A stretch of 64,000 bases of DNA from positions 16,926,001 to 16,990,000 of the forward strand of contig CM022675.1 in NCBI GenBank assembly GCA_012295275.1, in the 5' to 3' direction. Source of the stretch: Chrysomallon squamiferum (Eukaryota; Animalia; Mollusca). The translations under genes and the position numbers were made by a program. Numbering within the stretch: the stretch's first letter is position 1; each line of letters opens with the position of its first letter. Shown here piece after piece: positions 1 through 23,976 of this stretch. The notes below the pieces were generated by a model. It was given only the letters and a program-made list of their open reading frames with translations. It was not told where the DNA came from and did no database searches.

Positions 1-1062
1 GTAAAAACATTAATGTTATGTATTTATTAACATGCAGTGCAAATTAACTTAGCTGTGATTTTTGATATATAAATTGTTTTGTCTTTTAGGTTTTTTCACT
101 TCATTTCTATTTTAACTTTGATGTCATATTTTTTTATTTGTTCAAAATGTTTGTAAATTATTTTATATTCTCTATTTCAGTCTCTTTAATTAAGTAAAAA
201 CCATGATAAAAGAAAGAAAAATGTACATGGAAAAGTGATTTTGGTTATTTTCTATGACAGAAATAAACAGATACAGCAAGCTTAGAAATCAGTTTGGATG
301 TTTTGCAATACTGAAGGATAAGAGTACTTCACTGTTTTATTTTTATTTCACAAAGTATATGTATATTGTTATTTTAACTACATGAAAAATGTGAAACTGA
401 AATAAACCACGGTGGGAGAAAGATGAAATGATATGCAGAACTCTACAGGACTCTACATCTCACTGCTGACAGCAACAGGCAGTTGAAAATATAGCATTAT
501 AATTATATATATTTGTTGAGATTTTAATATGAAATTTAATAGTTTGCACTTCAGTCTTTTGGTATACTGATATAAAACAACAGTTTTAACTCTTTTTATT
601 GACTTCACAATTTGTAATGTGTTGATCTTTCAACTTGGTTAGTGTTTTTGTTTCTTTGCTTAAAATATTTAGAAATTTTAATTGTATTGCTATAAAAATG
701 TATGATTTTTGTTTCAGACTGTATATTTAAAACTAATATATAATATATTTGTTGAGATTTTAATATAAATTTTAATAATGTATTTCGTGTATCAATCTTT
801 TGAAATATCTCATTGATAAGATGTTTATATTTTACTGATAAAATATTTATATTGTACTTACTCAGATTTAAGAAATATGTCTTACATAGAACAGTTTTAG
901 ATACTTGTAATATTATATTAGTCATTAATAAATTATTAGCATTCAAATTAATTTGCTTCTTTTGTCTTGTTACATTAAGAAAAAAAAATCTTTTATTTTA
1001 TTGCTTTTGCAGAAACAAACAAAAACAAAATTAAATCTACCGTATAAACTATGCACTGGAAA

Positions 1063-1153
1063 ATGTAATTTCTTATATTTAAATAATTTTAAAAAGTCAG
1101 TTTACATGTAATTTCTTATATTTAAATAATTTTAAAAAGTCAGTTTACATGTA
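1063..1153. repeat. Tandem duplication, 2 x 43 bp
   Basis: atgtaatttcttatatttaaataattttaaaaagtcagtttac occurs at 1063 and again at 1106. Confidence 0.9.
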
Positions 1154-1702
1154 CTTTCTATTATACAAATTTCAGTTACACTATAATCCTTCAAAAAACC
1201 TTCTTAGATGAGCAATCCTGTTTCATAATTGTAATAGAAGAATAATATCTGATTTTGTCATGTGCAGGGTCTGTGTCAAATTACTTTGCACTCTACCCAA
1301 GGCTAGCTATTGGGAGCTCCCAGCTTGAGCTGCTTACTAGGTATAAGATATTTCTGCTTGGTGGTTTTATACACAGGATATTCAGCCATCACAACTCCAG
1401 CTTAGTAATTTCCAAAATGTAATCCTTCAAAAATATCTTCATAAAAGCTATCCTATTTCATAGTTATAAAGATGCATGTTCTTTGTGCTGTTTCAGTGTT
1501 TGTCACGTAAATGTGTGTTAATCATCACATTATCTAGAGAGGTTCAGTTCACTACTAGCAAGGATATTTATCATGTGGAACTGCACTTATAAGCCAAATC
1601 AAATCTATTTAAAAAAAAAAAATATGGGTCAGATAACTGACCATAATGTATGATGTAGAAACTACTGACAAATTCAGATGAATGAAACAATGCTAATGAC
1701 GT

Positions 1703-1736
<34 letters not shown>

Positions 1737-2184
1737 ATTACAAAAAAAAATACTAGATCAGAATGCCTTGGAATGCCTATAAATAAATATTATAGTTAAA
1801 TTAAAACACATCACTAGGTTAACAGCAGGATTATTATAGTTAAAAACAGAATACATTAAAAAAAACAGAATACTCTGTAGAATAGTCAAGAAAAAGTGAG
1901 TGAAATGGAAAAGCATACATATCATAACGCCATGTACTTCGACTGCTTTCAACTATTTGATAACCTCTATTCTCACTTGTTTGTGATAAGACATAAGGTT
2001 CTGTGAATAAGGATGACCAAATGATTCAATCTAAAGTGCAGTTTTCAAATAACTACTATTTTAATGAACAACTAACTGCCCCTGTACTTTAAAGTAAATG
2101 CGGTGGAGGATAATAGACAGAAAAAAGATATACGAAGAGACAGCTGAAAAAGTAATTACATTTGTGTCTGTGTGAGTGTATGTG

Positions 2185-2284
<100 letters not shown>

Positions 2285-2371
2285 CAGGACATTAAGTTTA
2301 AACGTAAATCCTAGAGGAGAATAAAAATAAATATTTAAAACAAAGATATAAATCTAGTGTGTGTAGATTAT

Positions 2372-3040
2372 TTATTTATTTGGATCACTAGAACATGGAC
2401 GGGTAGACATCTGGTCGTTGATGTCGATCCACGAGGTCCACACCCACTTAGAGCCAATAAGTACAGGACACGCACAAAGTGTTCCGTGTCTTGTATTTCA
2501 GACCCATTCAAGTAATAATTGTACCACATCGCTGCTCATCTTTTCTCTGGAAATATCTCCAAACCGTAAGAAGGAAAAACAGTAGCACCATAGGCTTCCA
2601 CATCACTCAAATAAAACAGCAATTCTGTTAGAATATGTATCATGTTCCGTAAGTGAGCTGTCATCTGTGTGGAACTGAAAATAACCACCAATTACCATCG
2701 ACATTATCACTGGAACAGCGAGTCTTTTGAATTCTGAAGGTTCTTGTTCACTAATCACATCGTGATAAAGAGAAATTTTAGGAGACAGAAGTTCCGCTTA
2801 TTTTGCCGGCTGAAGAACTAACAGTGGATGATTATTGTTGTTATAGTAACGACATCACAAATGATGTTGGTATTTTGCTTGTTGTCGAAAATTATCAGGG
2901 CAAAATTTGCTAAATGTCATCTTCCGGGCTTTACTGACCAAATAATAATTAGAACAAAACAAAAATAGCAACTGCAGTACCAGCAACAACAATAACAAAT
3001 AATAGTAATAATAATAATAATAGAACAGTAATAACAATTA

Positions 3041-3071
<31 letters not shown>

Positions 3072-3631
3072 AAGAAGAAGAAGAAGGAGGAGGAAGAAAG
3101 CAAGACAGGAAAACATTAAAATATATATATTTGATGTGAGCTTTCATTAGACAAATACTTAGAAATATTAGAAACTGATTATTTTATTTTTCATTTATAT
3201 GTTATTCATTCTAACATATTCATAATTATTATAATTATTATCATTACTATTACAACTACAATTACTACCATAACTATTTATTATTTATTTATTTATTTAT
3301 TTATATTTTGTTAATTGTAGTTTTATGTACCTCTTTTTATTTGGCTTTATCTCTTTGTGAATGCCATCTTCGTTTTCTTCAAAGCTCTCTTCAGAGTCGG
3401 ATCTAATTTTAACTGTTCTTTAGTCAGCTCTAGAGCCAGACCAAACCTCTTTTTGTTTTCACATGCTCGTACACAGTAATCTAAAATTACCACTCGAGAT
3501 ATGCTTTTATTTTCTTCGTCGTTTGCCAAATCAAGTGCAGTTTTCATCCACTGATATGAGTGATAAAAACTGTGGACATCGAATATCGTTAATGAATAAA
3601 GTGAAAGAGTAAGACTTTTATCACTGAGCAT
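2372..3631 (-). pseudogene. P4HA: Prolyl 4-hydroxylase alpha subunit pseudogene (disabled, largely intronless fragment)
   Basis: Minus-strand translation gives recognisable P4HA blocks in the correct order. 3347-3631: YHSYQWMKTAL..ILDY..ALELTKEQLKLDPTLKRA (TPR-like substrate-binding region). 2372-2945: L*CRYYNNNNHPLLVLQPAK*, PKISLYHDVISEQE..KRLAVP, IGGYFQFHTD (HxD), SNRIA/LFYLSDVEAYGATVFP..FPEKR*AAMWYNYYLNG..DTEH/ACPVLIGSKWVWTSWI..QMSTRPC. It has at least 3 in-frame stops, 2 frameshifts and a deletion of the segment between LAxP and IGGY. Confidence 0.88.
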
Positions 3632-3771
3632 ATGTAATATTTTATAAATGATTCACAGCGACCGAATTCTTTTTTTTTTTTAAAGAGGACTTTTAACTTG
3701 TTATAGTTATTTCCAAAAACTATTGTGGATATGAACTGATGTTGTAGAAACATATATTCTTAAAATAGAAC

Positions 3772-3805
<34 letters not shown>

Positions 3806-3807
3806 TA

Positions 3808-3846
<39 letters not shown>

Positions 3847-4544
3847 TATTATTATATTTTCGAATATTCACATTGTATTATTAAAATAGTAATCGTCCAT
3901 AGCTATTATTCACTTTTTTTTGGAATAACATTTTAAAACATTATCAGTAATATTTATGTGACAACATGCAATATATTATGTTTATTACATTTACATCATA
4001 CACGTATGATATATACAAATAAAGAACATATCTGTATAGTTTTCAGCTGATAACAAATATTTGATTTTAGTCCTGCATTATTTCGTTAAATATATTTTGC
4101 TTCCTGTCTTTTGGTTATCTCTTTTACTCACAGATTATCGGTCAATCCTCCATTTATTTATTTACTTACTTATTTTAATAATTAAGCAATTTAACAAAAT
4201 GATTAGTTCCTTAGACCCATTTGATTGTTGTCTACATAACTGTAGCAAATGAATACATTTATTTATTTTGTGTCATGGCCTGCGTAACGATATAAAATAT
4301 GTCTGCTTTCTTGTGTGAAAGGAATTTGTGTGCTCTTTCAGCTATAAATAGACGTGAAAAATGTCCCCTCCTTGTGCAAAGTGCTTATGTCTGTGTCTCT
4401 TTACCCTTCAGTGTAAACCTCTCTGCAAATGGATTGGCATGAAATATAATCACCAAATATATAGATTGTTTCCCTTTCTTTTGGGATGTGATAACACCTG
4501 TAGTTTGCTGTTTTTAATTTATTTATAAAACTTTATTTATAAAC

Positions 4545-4736
4545 AGTCTCTTTGTGAAATCATCACACATAAGTCTTTCTACATCCACCATATACCGAGT
4601 GTATCACCGTGGATCGAGTCTTTCCAAATTCATCATATACCCAGCCTTTCAGAAATCAACTTATACCGAGTGTTTCTGAAATTATGATATTCTAAATCTT
4701 TCTGAAATCACGATATACAGAGTTCTTCAGAAATCG
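4545..4736. repeat. Degenerate ~26 bp minisatellite in the 3' UTR region of gene A
   Basis: Successive units: gagtctttccaaattcatcatatacc / cagcctttcagaaatcaacttatacc / gagtgtttctgaaattatgatattct / aaatctttctgaaatcacgatataca. Confidence 0.75.
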
Positions 4737-4771
4737 CCTTAAGCAGTCTGTCATTAATGTTGGGTTTTTTT

Positions 4772-14874
<10,103 letters not shown>

Positions 14875-15872
14875 TCTCTTCAAAGTCACGCGGTGGAAAT
14901 GAAATTCTCTGTAACTTATTCAGAAAAACATTACAATTTAATATGTTATAGCACTGAATTTAACATCCGATGCTGGCAAACATCCACGCCTCATGCTTCT
15001 TACAAATCGATCAGTTTTGTTCAAAACAGCTCAGATCTACGTTCGTTTAGTGCATCTTTTATGAGCCAATTCTCCATACACGTCGAGACGCTAAATGCTT
15101 CTGCTCACGCTATCAAGAGTTCTCTCAGGTATTGTGGCAAAATCACGTGCGAATCTAAGACTGGTGTCCAGAATCTTACATGTACTTCGTTGCTGATGAG
15201 TGCTTGTTTCGGTTTGTTTTTCCTTGATTAAGCTCTGTGAAAAGAGACACTGAGTGAGTTTGTATGTACACTTAAACAAACACATTGTATAGTAATCATT
15301 AAAACATTCATTAGTGCGTCTATTATATTAGTATTGAAAATACACATTAAAGTAGTATAGATATAACCCCTCTCTCTTTCTATCATTTTATCTCAGTTGT
15401 TGTGTGTATATGTATGTATGTATGTAGAGAGACAAGGGAGGGGAGATGTATTATTCATTCTAACTTGGGTTTATGAAAGACGCACTACTCTAATGCACTG
15501 ATGTGATAAAATAAGAATAACAAGAAGACTTCAGCAGCTGATAAATGAATTACAGAAAACGTTTATCAAACAGTTTTATAGCACTTTCGCTAAGTGAAAA
15601 AAGTGGATAGATTGGGAAATAGTTTACTGGATTACTCAAACATACGTTTGCTTAGTTTTATTTTCACAGTTGAAATAGAAACCATTTTGTGATGATATAA
15701 AATATAGTCGAATGAGAGACCAGTTTGGCAGAGTGGAATTCATTATGAAGGGCAAAATAATTCAGTTTAATAATGTATGGACTTGAGTACAAAAAAAGTT
15801 TATAAATGACAACTTATAAAGGTGTTTTACTTTAACATTTGGCTTTTGTTGTTTTTGTTTATTATGTATATT

Positions 15873-15965
<93 letters not shown>

Positions 15966-18647
15966 TGTAAACTGGTCATGTAAAGAATATCATATTATAT
16001 CATATCATGAATCAGTAACTTATTTTTATCTATCAAACTGTTTTTTAAACAATGTTTAAGTGTAAATAAATTAATCGTTTTACAATTTTACATTTTAGTC
16101 TGCATGATGTCACTGAACGTCTTTTTAGACTTTTAATATGCTTTTAGATGTGAACTCAGATCGATACTCGCCTACACCTTCATTTCAGATCGATATGCAA
16201 TTGGTCTAGATCAGAGAAGACCTTGTCTACGTCATATGAACGAGAGCATACGGAGAAATATCTTTATTGATTCATCTGTCTGTGAGACACGTGTTTTTAG
16301 TGTGACAGTGAAAACAAGTCGCTTTTAGATGCATCTGATTCAAAGATTAGCACGGTTCGTGTGATATTCATTGGTATGTAATGTATGAAGGGTTTCAGAG
16401 CTTTCAGTCAAGCCTTCGTATAGTATGTTTGGTTTCTGTTGATCACAAATTTGACGTCATTCCTAAAACAGCAATATGAATAACTGAATACATAAATACG
16501 TGTTTCATTTTTCTGGTCAAAACTTAGTTTTATTATTCTTTACGTTTTCTACACAATACTACTGTTACTACTGCTTCTAATACCACAACTACTGTTACCA
16601 TCACTACTACTAATGCTAATGTTGCTACTATTACTACAATTTTTGCAACTACTATTACTATTACTGCTACTACTACTATAACTATTATTATTATTATTAT
16701 TAATATACTATTATTATTACTAGTGCTTACAAATAGTTTTTCCTCTTATTATTATTACTGCTACTATCAGTTCTACCAGAACTGTTTCTATTTCTAGTAT
16801 CACTGTTACTATTGCTGCCACTACTGTTCTTCTGCTGTTATCAACGTCACTACTGCAACAGCTATTACCTCTATCATTCCTTTTTCACTCAGACGTAGAA
16901 ATGAAGGTGATGGCGTAAGAATGAATTAACTGACGGACTGAGTAATAAAGTTGTAAGTTAATTAACTACTTTGATGTTTTCTGTTATTTTAATAACTGTT
17001 ATCAACTCATAATCACAACAAATTAAGACAATTCCTTTTAAGAAACAAATAATACTGAATTTAAAACATACATAGTATGTCAGATCGAAAAATTACATAT
17101 ATATATATAAAACATCGTTTGACCCAAGAACCAAAAACAAATAAGCAGAAGAAGAACATTAAGAAATAAATGACAAAAATATAAACAACAGTCAGACAGG
17201 GCCCAAAACCTTTCTCTCCAAAAAATAATCCGTTCTTTTGAATTATCTTTAGATCGATAGAAAACGCAGTGAATCAGTGCTGTCCGCAAAGACAAGGCTA
17301 GAAGAAATGGCAGGTCAGTGAAAGAGGAGATATCTCGCACAGACCCTTGTCGGATCCTAAGAGGATCACACAGGAAAAGTCTGTGAGTGAGAAACCAATT
17401 AATTCAAAGCAACCGCAACTGGAGAGATGCTTGTACCGTTTGTGCGGGAATCTGCAGACGATGAAATACACAAGAATCACGTTTAGATTTGAATCATTCT
17501 TTTAAGCATACTAGTTAACCCGATTAAGATTCACAGCGATTATTTAGAATCAGAAATTTCCATTTTATCTGTGTATCTACGTGTATTAAATTAAAGATCA
17601 AATACAATTTTCTTGATACCTTTCAATGACTTTCTCTAACGCACTATAAATATTTAAATAAATATCGATATGAATATAAAAAACTATTTTACTATTGATA
17701 TTGACTTTATTCACCTCCGTAGACATTTTAATGTTACGTTTTGCTTTAAAAAAAGAAAGAAAAACGAAATGGGAAATAATTATGATTTCAGAAAACCTCG
17801 CTGGGTGACTTGCAGCGATACGATGCGGCAGACACATTAAAGCGTGCAGAATGCACAGCACGAGAGTCAGTTTCTTTCGTTGCAGACGTGTTTTGTCAAA
17901 TATAAACCATAAGAAATCAGAAACCGAGCTAATTCTTCATGATTTGTTTCCTGTCATTTCACCTTATTTAGTGTGAGAGAAGAAGACGTCAGAAGCAGAA
18001 GTTATCACTTGTAAAACTTATGAGATTTGTAAAACGAAAATCTGATCGTAGAAGAACACTACCAATTTTTCCAATTTTACGAATACAAATATTCGATATC
18101 ATAAATATTTTTATCAAAAATTATTTTGACTATTTTATTTTTATTATTATTATTACTATTTTCTATCTTTCTTCTTCTTCTTCTTCTTATTATTATTATG
18201 TTTTGTTGTTGTTGCTGCTGTTTTTAATTAGCGTTGGTCTCTGGGACAGTTCTCCTCTGTGTGCTCAATTTTCTATTTTCTATTTTGCACAAAACACACA
18301 CACACACACTCAGATAGAGACAGAGATATATATACACAAATATACCAACAAAAACACGCCAGCTGTTATGAATGATCTTCAGTAGTAAAAACCAGTGTTC
18401 ACTGTTAGCGGGACTGCGTATTCTGGCAGCATAACGAGCTTGGCCATATTATGTTGACCTGTCTGACTACAAGTCAAACTCGACAGCTTTACATCTGTAC
18501 AGATCTACGACAGTGCCGCGTGTCGCGTAACACGTAAACAACTCGCCCGGCTGCCAAACAAAAAACAAAACTGTAGCCCGAAACCACGAATAAATAATCG
18601 ATATGTGTGTAGGTTACAGCTGATTTATTAACAATACTTTTTCTTAC

Positions 18648-18790
18648 CTTACTGAGACTCCTGCAGTCATAGGTACATGTAAATGAACTCCTATCTGTCC
18701 GAACTTTTTGCGTGTTTAACGAAAATATCCGGCCTTTACCGAGACAATTCCGCCAGTGTGAGAGTTTGATTTGGTTCTCTCGAACGCGCA
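18648..18790 (-). other. Candidate non-coding 5' exon of gene A in a CpG-richer patch
   Basis: Strong minus-strand donor AAG|GTAAGA at 18648/18647 in locally GC/CpG-rich DNA. Gene A coding exon 1 is preceded by an acceptor (ttacag, ~14910), so an upstream UTR exon is expected. The 5' end is a guess. Confidence 0.3.
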
Positions 18791-19204
18791 CAAGAAATCT
18801 TGTCTGATGGAATGTTTATCGAAGCAGACGATATTTATAATTTAATGTTCTGTGGCGGATCTCAATTTCAGATCGTAGTTTATACTACTTTTTTACCGGA
18901 TCATTATATGTGTCAAATATAAATTTTATTACTCACTTCTACAGCGATCTAGAATTTTAAATAAATAAATAAATAAATGGAGTTTATTTGAGAAAGTCTG
19001 TTTATCGATTATTCATGTAATACATGTGAAAGAACAAGAGTAATTTCTATTACGTGTCAGAAGTAATTACATTTAGATTTTTTAAATTTTTGATATTTTT
19101 ATTTGTTTAATGACGTTGCTATTTATAACTTACAGTATTGATTAAAATACTTTCAATATACACTAATGTATTTATTATTACATTTTATTCAGCAGTAATT
19201 ACAG

Positions 19205-19251
<47 letters not shown>

Positions 19252-19947
19252 GTAGCCAAATGTGTACTGTATTGGTAAAAAATGAAATAATAACGAAATG
19301 ATAATATGTATTACTAACTCAACATTACAGTCCGTTGGTGATAAATATTGCCAAGAAAGATAACTCTAAACGTGTTATCATGTAGCTAAATTCAAATCAA
19401 CAGAAATGTGATGTTTGGGTCGGGCGATGAATGAGTGGGAAAAGATTCGTAATTAAAACAATGTTAAATTTTATAAGTATTCTCAGAGTGGATTTAACAT
19501 CCTCTAGCCGTGTTTTATCTCTGTTGTTCAGTTTGCATAGTGTCTGTTTTAGAAAGGCGAGATATATGTAATTTTCTTGGATCTGAGAAAGAAAACCTGA
19601 GTTAACTAAAAATAAAGACATGTTGCGTTAGAATCAAAATCTCTCTCTATTTTTTTTTTTTTTTGTTATCACTGAAGTTTCACTTATTTTATGTGCTAGA
19701 AAGATGCCTCTGATACCGGAATATATTCTAGTCGTTTAAGCGATGTCGCTTCCTGTGAAGTAGGAAAACAACAGTTTTCTTCAAGCGCTTTTGTGGCGTC
19801 GTTTTGTAAAATATACTATAAAGAAACGAGAAAGACAATGTAAATGAATATTCCCAAGAAAAACCTCCAACTTTTTAAGTTCTGGCGAGAAATTATCATA
19901 GCAACATCAAGCTCCAATGGTTACGGTTGTATTTGTATTTGCTAGTA

Positions 19948-20288
19948 CAGGTATCGGACCAAATATCCGGACTCCCTGGGGCCTGAGGCATTCCGCATTT
20001 CTGGATTTACCCGTTTTCTGGATTTTCCTGTTTTCTGGTACCACGGCATCTAAATACGTAAATAATTAGGCATAAACATTTTAAAGATAACTGACGATAC
20101 ACAACTGAGGCGACTCGACACGTAAACAATGCGGCGAGTGAATGAACGCCACGCGGCTTGAAAGAGTAGTTCCGGTCTAGTGAGGACAATACCCCCGCGC
20201 ACGAACTGTGAAAATAAGCGTCGGGAAAAACTTCCGGTTTTCCTGTCTTTCCGGATTTCAGGACGCCGGATAATTGGTCCGGTACTTG
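19948..20288. mobile_element. Non-autonomous Tc1/mariner-pogo-type MITE, ~341 bp
   Basis: Left TIR caggtatcggaccaaatatccgg; reverse complement of the right end caagtaccggaccaattatccgg; TA on both sides (19946-47 and 20289-90); internal ttccggatt-like subterminal repeats; GC-rich relative to flanks. Confidence 0.85.
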
Positions 20289-21859
20289 TAATTGTTTACG
20301 TGTTTGGGAAGCGTAATTTACGAAGAATAGTATTCATTTTAATTAATTTTCTCCCATTTCGTGAGCTTCGCAGAAAACTGTCAGACTTCCCTTTTCAATG
20401 ATTTCCATTAGGCTGGGGTAAAATTAACTCTTGTTTTCTGATTTTATTATCATTTCAATTTATTATTTTATTTAGTAAGGTAATTATAGATATGGTTACT
20501 AGGAAGTGATAACGTGATGTCTGTTTTATAATTTATTTTTTTATATAATTTCATAAGTTATTGTTTGACCAGACAGTAAATTTCAAATTACTGTTAGATG
20601 AATGAGAAGTACAATCATGTTTTTAAATTATTCGGTTGCGATGTTGAATAGCTCTGTTTCAGATCCATTCCCTGTGACGTTCACATTTTATTACGTGATG
20701 TTTGCGGCTTTTACTGAATTAAAGAGAAAAGAAATAATAATTTTGAAATCAGTTATATACGACCGAGATTGAGAGGTAGGTAAGGAAGCCAAAAAAAAAA
20801 ATTATGCTAGCAAAGTTCATTTGTGGTGTTAACAGGCAATTTACAAACCAGAAAATGAAATCTCTAATGTTTTTCATGTAATAAATTGCGTCTTTTTGCT
20901 GGGTGATCGTTGTTATACTTGTATTGATAATTATGTCGTATATAAACTGTGATAAGATTTTTAAAGTGAATAATAATCAATATAACACATATGATAATCA
21001 AAATAATTAAAATACAATAAGATACAATGCAAAATAAAGTAATCAAAGTAATATAATATAATATATTAAAAGTCTATATCATCTAATTTCAAACTCAAAA
21101 TATTTTTGATACGGCTTATCACTTCCAGACTTTTTTCAGTCTAACAAACTGACGGGACGTCCATAAATCTGATAAAGTTGTTTGTTTACTTCACTAACGT
21201 CAACCAAATCTCTTTTAACGATTTCATGTTAAGGCGTCGACACACAATACGTTGTAATAAAGGAAGCCGCTGTATAAATGCATCAAACCAGTTATAATAA
21301 TGTTCTCTTATCTGGACTTCATGCCATACGAATACCTAGAACAAATGTAGTTGATTACAACGAAAACCAAGAAATTAAAACATTGACGTGTCACTTGTAG
21401 TTTGTGTTTGATTCATTAATAAGATGGAAAACACATTTCGTCTGAATGAGATAAATGAAGGACGGATGGTTAGTTTGATAAATGTTGATGTCCCAGGATT
21501 AACAGATGAAAATCACGAATGTTAAGTTTTTATCGTAATTTTCTAATGTTTTGGTCATTAAATGAAATAATATCTACCGACATCCGTAGAAATTTTACAA
21601 TTAACAGTCAGAAAATACAGTCATACAGTCCTTGTATGATGACAATCAGAAAGAAAACATTGTCACTCATACAATTAAAATGGTTTTATTGAATCGCGTA
21701 GTGAGATTGCGTCGCCTTAACATTCCAAATACCACGGTTGCTAAAGGCAGTAACACTTGGCTTTTGCGAGTGAAACTTCGCAGTCAGTTTGTTCTAACTT
21801 GTATCAAACTTAACTTGCAGCAGCGTTATTAAAACAATGAACACTGGACATTACGTAAT

Positions 21860-23925
21860 ATGTATATTACAATATTTATAACAATTCATAGCTTTCTGCT
21901 TGCAGAGTCTAAGTATAGACACTATGGTAAGTAGTAGCGAATTAGTCATATCTATAAATTATGTATAAGTATACATTTATGAATAAATGAATGGATATGT
22001 TAAACCTATAGTCTATCCGTAAGTTGTAATGAGTCATTCATAAAATTACGAATTAATTCCTAAATTTTGGATGAAGAACAAGTTTATTAATTATCAATGA
22101 TTCTGTAATTATATTTTCATATTAATTATATTATACGTGTCAGCTATATAATTTGTTGTAATGATAGCATGAAAAACGAAAGTTGTTGATATTTGTGAGT
22201 TACTCTAACCAGTTGACCAAAAATAATGTTTTGTCTGTTCTGCCTCTGTTAGAGCGTGTACATAAAACATTAGTTGCTGCTAATCAGATGCAGAATGTTT
22301 TGTTTCCAAAATTATTATTAGAACTCACATCACTGATTCTTAATACAATAGAAACATACCGAGCGTGTCAAAGTGACCCAACTCCATGTACCAGTGTGGT
22401 TTAAGATTTGTTTACTGAAAATTATTGCATCTGAAATGTTAAAAATTAAAAGCTTTCAGCTGTTTGGCACGAACCACCTCTTACATTTTGTGCATTTTTT
22501 TTTTTTTTTTTTTTTTATTATTATTGTTTATTTATTTTATTTTATTTATTTATTTTTTTTTTGGCAAAAGTCGATTCTCCGCTCACCTCTCACTAATTAC
22601 AGAAGAAACTAACACATTTTATTTTTATTCCTCCAACTCTTAGAACTGCTTTCTTAATTTGTCTTTCTAGGTTCATACAGTAAAAATCAAGACCACTTTG
22701 AGTTGTTGGACAAACGCATGTGTTGGGCCCAAGCAGTGACAAAGTGTAAATCTGTGTACAAAGGTGTGCTGTATAGACCGAAATACGGAGATATCAAACT
22801 TGATCTTCTTAGACAGCTGACTCCTGGTTCCAGCTACTGGCTCGGCGAGTATGAGTACTACACACAGTGGAAGTGGACAGGTACGACATAACAAGGCCAG
22901 CTTACAAAATATTACTCAGACTAGCTTGTCACTGCTTCTAGTAAATTATTTAATAGAAGCACAACTATACTATATTGTTTATCTCATAGAATGTTGATAA
23001 TAAATTTTATTAAATCACAAACAAGTTGCATTATTATTATTTTTATTATTAATATTATAGATGTTGTTGATAACGATGCAATTGCTGCTGTTGTATTTTT
23101 TCCAGATGGCTCCAATTTGTATAGTTACTTAGGTTATCTGCGTGCTAATGTAACAGACAATGACGTCTTCTACACCGGTGGTTTTTTTAACGATGTTTAC
23201 ACGGCTCACGGAAAATGCCGAAGTCAGTATGTAGGACTTCAGGTAGCCATATTAATTTACAGCAGTTCTAAATTTTTCTTTTTCGATCAGTTTTAGGTTT
23301 TATTCGTGTTGTGCTTTTATGTGTAACGATTCAGATAAATAGACAAAAAGCATTGTTAATCCTGGTATTTACCTGTTTGTTTGTTTATTCATACTCATAT
23401 TCACATTCATATTCATATTATTCATATTATTATCGTTATTATCATGATTATTATTATTACCATCAGCAACTTTATCATCATTTGTAGTAGTAGCAGCAGG
23501 AGGCATAAAGGTGGCAGGAATAGTGGATGTGGCAGTCGTAATGGTAGCATAATAGCGCTGTAGTTATAGTTTAATAGTAAAAGTGGTGGTTATGGTGATG
23601 GTGGTGGTACTAGTATTACTAGTATATGTATGTATTACATATGTACATGTGTATATTGGCATTTACTTATGCACTAACTTTATTGTATATTTTGCAGAAC
23701 AGCTTTATCTACTGTCTAGAAGAAGAAAACAAAAGGCTGCTAGATATGAGAGTAGCAGAAAACCAGTGTCTTGGTACTTTAAAGGATCATTGTGGCAATT
23801 CACGTGGCATGTCAATTTACAAAACTCCCGACAACTACTGTACGTACAAGTCAGAATTATGTTTTCAATAATCACTTTAATGTGTGACATTAGACATCGG
23901 AAAAAACCAGAATGAATCTGCAAAA

Positions 23926-23976
<51 letters not shown>

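Noticed and set aside
250-500. Possible terminal exon of an upstream gene (acceptor-like gacag at ~260)
   Set aside because: No recognisable protein in any frame and no upstream context in the window.
1185-1460. Two degenerate copies of taatccttcaaaaa..atcct.tttcata (~1185 and ~1420)
   Set aside because: Probably an old local duplication. I found no convincing snoRNA boxes or reading frame.
3347-3631. 94 aa ORF as a stand-alone gene
   Set aside because: It is the TPR-like part of the disabled P4HA copy.
22183-22404. ORF as the signal-peptide exon of gene C
   Set aside because: No good donor. 21860-21926 has a consensus GTAAGT donor in the required phase.
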